Source: Leptospiraceae bacterium
Lineage (GTDB): Bacteria; Spirochaetota; Leptospiria; Leptospirales; Leptonemataceae
Reading direction: 5' to 3'
Length of the DNA stretch: 64,000 nt
NCBI GenBank assembly: GCA_040217195.1
Contig: JAVJNR010000005.1
Coordinates: forward strand, 288,001-352,000
Under the pieces are notes generated by a model. The model saw only the letters and a list, made by a program, of their open reading frames with translations. It was not told the DNA's origin and searched no databases. The translations under genes and the position numbers were made by a program. Numbering within the stretch: position 1 is the stretch's first letter; every line of letters starts with the position of its first letter. Below, piece after piece: positions 60,487 to 64,000 of the stretch.

Positions 60487-63096
60487 ATGAAAGTCATTGA
60501 GACCAGCGCTGGCGCCGTCTATATACAGTATAACCTCAGATTTCTTGCCCGGGACCCGGATTTCGCACTTCTACAGGAAATGCGTCGATGGAAGATGAAC
60601 GGTATTAAGAACGTCCTGATTCCTGAGTTCGAGCATTCTTCTCTGCCCGACCGATTGCAGATCATTCTAAAAGCTGAAGGCTTCCTGATTCGAGTTATTC
60701 CAGACAGCGAAAGATTCGAAACCATGGATCTATCCGTTCTGGATTCGGTGGATCATCGTCCTGCAATCTTCCTCTGTAACCCCGAAAGTTCTGAGCTTAT
60801 TGAACCGGCCGTGGCTGAACTTTTGCGCAGGCGCCAGGGAATCACAGTTCGGCAGGCTCTGGAATGGATGCATCCTGAATCGGAGCAGGAGGGGCATCGA
60901 GAAGAGGCGTCTGATTTTGACGGGACCGGCCAGCCAGCCCACCACACAAACGGCGTAGCTTCCGATACAATGGTCTCTAAAGAAGAAACTTCGAAAGAGC
61001 GACCTGTAAAACCTGTTTCAGTGGAACCTTCTGCCAGAACGAAAGAGCCGCCCGTTTCTGCTCCCGCAGAAGAGAAATCCGTAAAACCGGAGATTACCGG
61101 TAAGGCTACACCGGCTGCCATTCCGGAAAAAAAGACGGAAATTGCTGCCGCTCCAGAAATCACACCTCCACCGGCGGTAAATGAATCCAGAATCGGTATT
61201 CGAGTTAAGCTCATAGGAATCATAAGTGGATTGCTCATTGCCTCACTCACAGGTATGATTTTCCTGGCCACCTACTTCTTTCGCACAGATACAGAACGCA
61301 GAATTCAGGAGACTAACCTGAGTATTACTTCTGTAATCGGTCAGAAAATCGTTTCAGAAATCGATAACTTCAAGTATAGAGCTGTTCTGGCAGTTACCGG
61401 TGGGCAGACAGATGATACTGAGAATTCAGTGCAACTGGGTCCTATATCCAGTATTCGAGACGAAAGGCCCACTCAAGTTAGAAGCATTCCTCAAGACAGA
61501 AAGAATATTTTCCTGAGAAATAACGATTCGGTGCTATACCTGGCAGTCGTAAGCAGGGATAATCTCTCCCTAAAATACGAAGACGAAATCTTTAATGAAG
61601 TGGCCCTTCAAAACCGGGGGCTGGATAAGCAACAGATTCAATCTCAATTGCCCGTATATGCAGAAGAGTTCCTTCCGTCCACAGCCGGTGCTACACTTGT
61701 TAAGAATATTAGCCCGGCCCTGAGAACTCCTGTGGTGGCCCTCAGTTTCCCCCTGGAAGGGCATCAAGGACAGGCCGTAATTCTATTCATTGATTCTCGT
61801 AAGTTTACTGAAAGCTTCGAAGGCACTCAGAGCGAAGAAACTGAAATCTACATGGTGGATGGCGATGGTAAGATCATAGCCCATGGAGAAACGGATCTAA
61901 TTCTTTCCGCTCAGTCCATGCGCGACATCCCTATCGTGCAATATATGCTTGAAAGCAAGGTAAATAGTCAGGTTTCGCGCTACGAGTTCCAGAAAGAAAC
62001 CTACCTGGGCTCATTTCAGAAGCTGGCCGTGGGGAATCTGGGTATTATTTCCGTAGTTAAAGAAGAAGTGGCCATGGCCCAGGTAAACCAGACCCAGAGA
62101 AGAAACTTCATCATTATGGGAATCGTTCTGGTTCTTTCAGTTCTGGTAGTTTATTTCTATGCTCGTAGTCTTTCGATCCCCCTTCGTCAACTTGTAGGTG
62201 CAACTCAGCAAATTGAAGAGGGACAGTATGAATTCGCCCTGAAACCAAAAACTCGAGATGAGGTGGGCGTTCTAACCGCTTCCTTCCTGAAGATGGCCAG
62301 CGGTCTTCAAGAAAGGGAACGGATGAAAGATGCATTCGGTAAATTCGTAAACAAAGAGATCGCAGAGAAAGCACTGAAAGGTGAAATCAAGCTCGGTGGT
62401 GAAAAGAAGCATTCGGCTGTATTCTTCTCCGATCTCCGGGGCTTCACTGCTATGTCTGAAAGCATGGAGCCAGAAGAGGTGGTGGAATATCTTAACGATT
62501 ATTTCTCTGCCATGGTTGCCTGCGTGGATGAAACCAAAGGCGTGGTGGATAAATTCATCGGAGATGCCATTATGGCTACCTGGGGCGCGGTGGTTTCCCA
62601 TGGAAATGATACAGAGAATGCTGTAAACGGAGCTCTGCGAATGAGAGCGGCTCTAATCGAGCTCAATGTACGTAATCGGGAACGGGGCAAGCCCATCGCA
62701 CGATTTGGATGTGGTATCAATTCAGGACCTGTGATTTCGGGGCAGATCGGTTCCGAACAAAAGCTGGAGTTCACGGTTATCGGAGATACAGTGAATCTGG
62801 CCAGCCGAATCGAAGCATTGAACAAACCATTTGGCACGGATATTTTGATTTCTACAGATAGCTATGAAGAAGTGAAAGATGTCTTCAACGTGGAGAAGAT
62901 GCCGGCCATTAAAGTAAAAGGTAAGGAAAAGGCGCAAACAATCTACTTTGTTCTGGGGCGCAAGGATGATCCAAATTGCCCCACCTCTCTGGACGAAGTT
63001 CGCAAGATGGCTGATATTGAAGTAAAAGGAGTCGGCCCCACAGGCGACGTGGTGGCAACCGAAGGCGAAGAGAAGTATGAAATTCTCGAAGGGTGA
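60487..63096 (+). CDS. Membrane class III adenylate/guanylate cyclase (N-terminal extra domain, PEAK-rich linker, TM-Cache-TM-HAMP-cyclase)
   Basis: FSDLRGFT, DKFIGDAIM, FTVIGDTVNLASRIE, VKGK; HAMP motif TRDEVGVL. Confidence 0.92.
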   Translation: MKVIETSAGAVYIQYNLRFLARDPDFALLQEMRRWKMNGIKNVLIPEFEHSSLPDRLQIILKAEGFLIRVIPDSERFETMDLSVLDSVDHRPAIFLCNPESSELIEPAVAELLRRRQGITVRQALEWMHPESEQEGHREEASDFDGTGQPAHHTNGVASDTMVSKEETSKERPVKPVSVEPSARTKEPPVSAPAEEKSVKPEITGKATPAAIPEKKTEIAAAPEITPPPAVNESRIGIRVKLIGIISGLLIASLTGMIFLATYFFRTDTERRIQETNLSITSVIGQKIVSEIDNFKYRAVLAVTGGQTDDTENSVQLGPISSIRDERPTQVRSIPQDRKNIFLRNNDSVLYLAVVSRDNLSLKYEDEIFNEVALQNRGLDKQQIQSQLPVYAEEFLPSTAGATLVKNISPALRTPVVALSFPLEGHQGQAVILFIDSRKFTESFEGTQSEETEIYMVDGDGKIIAHGETDLILSAQSMRDIPIVQYMLESKVNSQVSRYEFQKETYLGSFQKLAVGNLGIISVVKEEVAMAQVNQTQRRNFIIMGIVLVLSVLVVYFYARSLSIPLRQLVGATQQIEEGQYEFALKPKTRDEVGVLTASFLKMASGLQERERMKDAFGKFVNKEIAEKALKGEIKLGGEKKHSAVFFSDLRGFTAMSESMEPEEVVEYLNDYFSAMVACVDETKGVVDKFIGDAIMATWGAVVSHGNDTENAVNGALRMRAALIELNVRNRERGKPIARFGCGINSGPVISGQIGSEQKLEFTVIGDTVNLASRIEALNKPFGTDILISTDSYEEVKDVFNVEKMPAIKVKGKEKAQTIYFVLGRKDDPNCPTSLDEVRKMADIEVKGVGPTGDVVATEGEEKYEILEG

Positions 63097-64000
63097 TTGG
63101 ACATTCACCATCATTGCCATATTACTGCTTTTTCTACTGTCCGGAATTCTGTATCTGGACTTTACGGCCGGTTTGCAGGCTGGCGATCGCCAGCAGGTAG
63201 GTGTTCTGACGTTTAAGCGCCGGACCGCAGAGCGAAAGTACTCGGGCTCCACCTTATGGCAGGGTATGGAGCCCAGCGTAGCAGTCTATAATATGGAAAT
63301 ATGGACGCCATTCGAACTGCCGGTGATTCAGAAGCCACAATTACACTAAACGACGGCACCAGGATATCTCTGGAAGACAATACAATGATTGTCTTGAATT
63401 TTACAGAAGATCAACCGGCCATCGACTTCGGTTACGGTTCCATGCAGGCCGAAGCAACAGGCGATAGTGACCTTGAAATCAACTCCGGCGATAGCACCAT
63501 CAATCTATCGGATTCTGAAGCCCGCATCAGTGGTAGCGAAGGAGACCTGGAGCTTCAGGTGCAAAAAGGGGAAGCCAGGCTCAAGAAAGGAGATGAGGAA
63601 AAGACTGTAGGCGAAAATGAAATTGCTGGCATGGATGCCAACCAGGTCCGGGTAGAAAAGAATCCTTTATCTTTGATTTCGCCAGCAGACCAGAGTCGAT
63701 TCTACACTCGACAGAGTCGTGAAGCGGTGAACTTCCAGTGGAAGTCCGACGGCCCGGTTACTCTGCAGGTGGCCAGCGATCGAGGTTTTTCCAGCATCGT
63801 TGCCCAGGCCCCCCGGGGAGATGGAAATGCAAGTGCAGCAATAGGACCGGGAATCTATTACTGGCGTGTCCTGAAGAATGGTCAGGCTTCGCCTATTAGA
63901 CGTTTCGCAGTGTATCAGGAGCAGTCACCGGTATTGCAGATGCCTCTGGGCGGAAGTGAATTTACCTACCGCGACAGCCCTCCCCCGGTTCAGTTTCTAT
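63077..64000 (+). pseudogene. FecR-domain membrane protein, frameshifted by an 8-bp duplication; runs off the window end
   Basis: N-terminal TM; AATATGGA tandemly duplicated at 63290-63305; the second frame reads DAIRTAGDSEATITLNDGTRISLEDNT (FecR-like) and stays open to 64000. Confidence 0.75.

Overview
Chromosomal window of a bacterium. Gene content suggests a Leptospiraceae-like spirochaete (membrane adenylate cyclase plus FecR-domain gene, split gcvT-H-PA-PB, fabG-acpP-rnc-aroB-aroQ, many lipoproteins); this taxonomy is inference, not a database result. About 60 CDS, including lspA with an ECF sigma and putative anti-sigma, a radical SAM protein, dusA, ilvD, ycaQ, a VOC/YciI/ECF42-type cassette, an MFS transporter, a thiopurine methyltransferase, CorA, DUF3556 with a phytoene-dehydrogenase-like gene, a DesA3-type desaturase pair, SelO, OmpA, CIRCE-groES-groEL, the glycine cleavage operon and a PafB/PafC-like WYL pair followed by xerC. 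No rRNA, tRNA, transposase, cas gene or canonical CRISPR array was seen. Most unusual signals: (1) a ~1.17 kb non-coding gap inside the gcv operon with a regularly spaced (65-74 bp) array of a 12-bp motif, ATTATGTCACAT, separated by unique sequence and resembling the XerD arm of dif; (2) a pafBC-like operon linked to xerC outside Actinobacteria; (3) two related palindromic minisatellites (53 bp and 41 bp units); (4) a pseudophosphatase-like N-terminus on the adenylate cyclase; (5) an 8-bp duplication that frameshifts the FecR gene; (6) several structured non-coding elements (hairpin before rnc, DnaA-box palindrome, riboswitch-like leader before a 53-aa ORF absent from the track).
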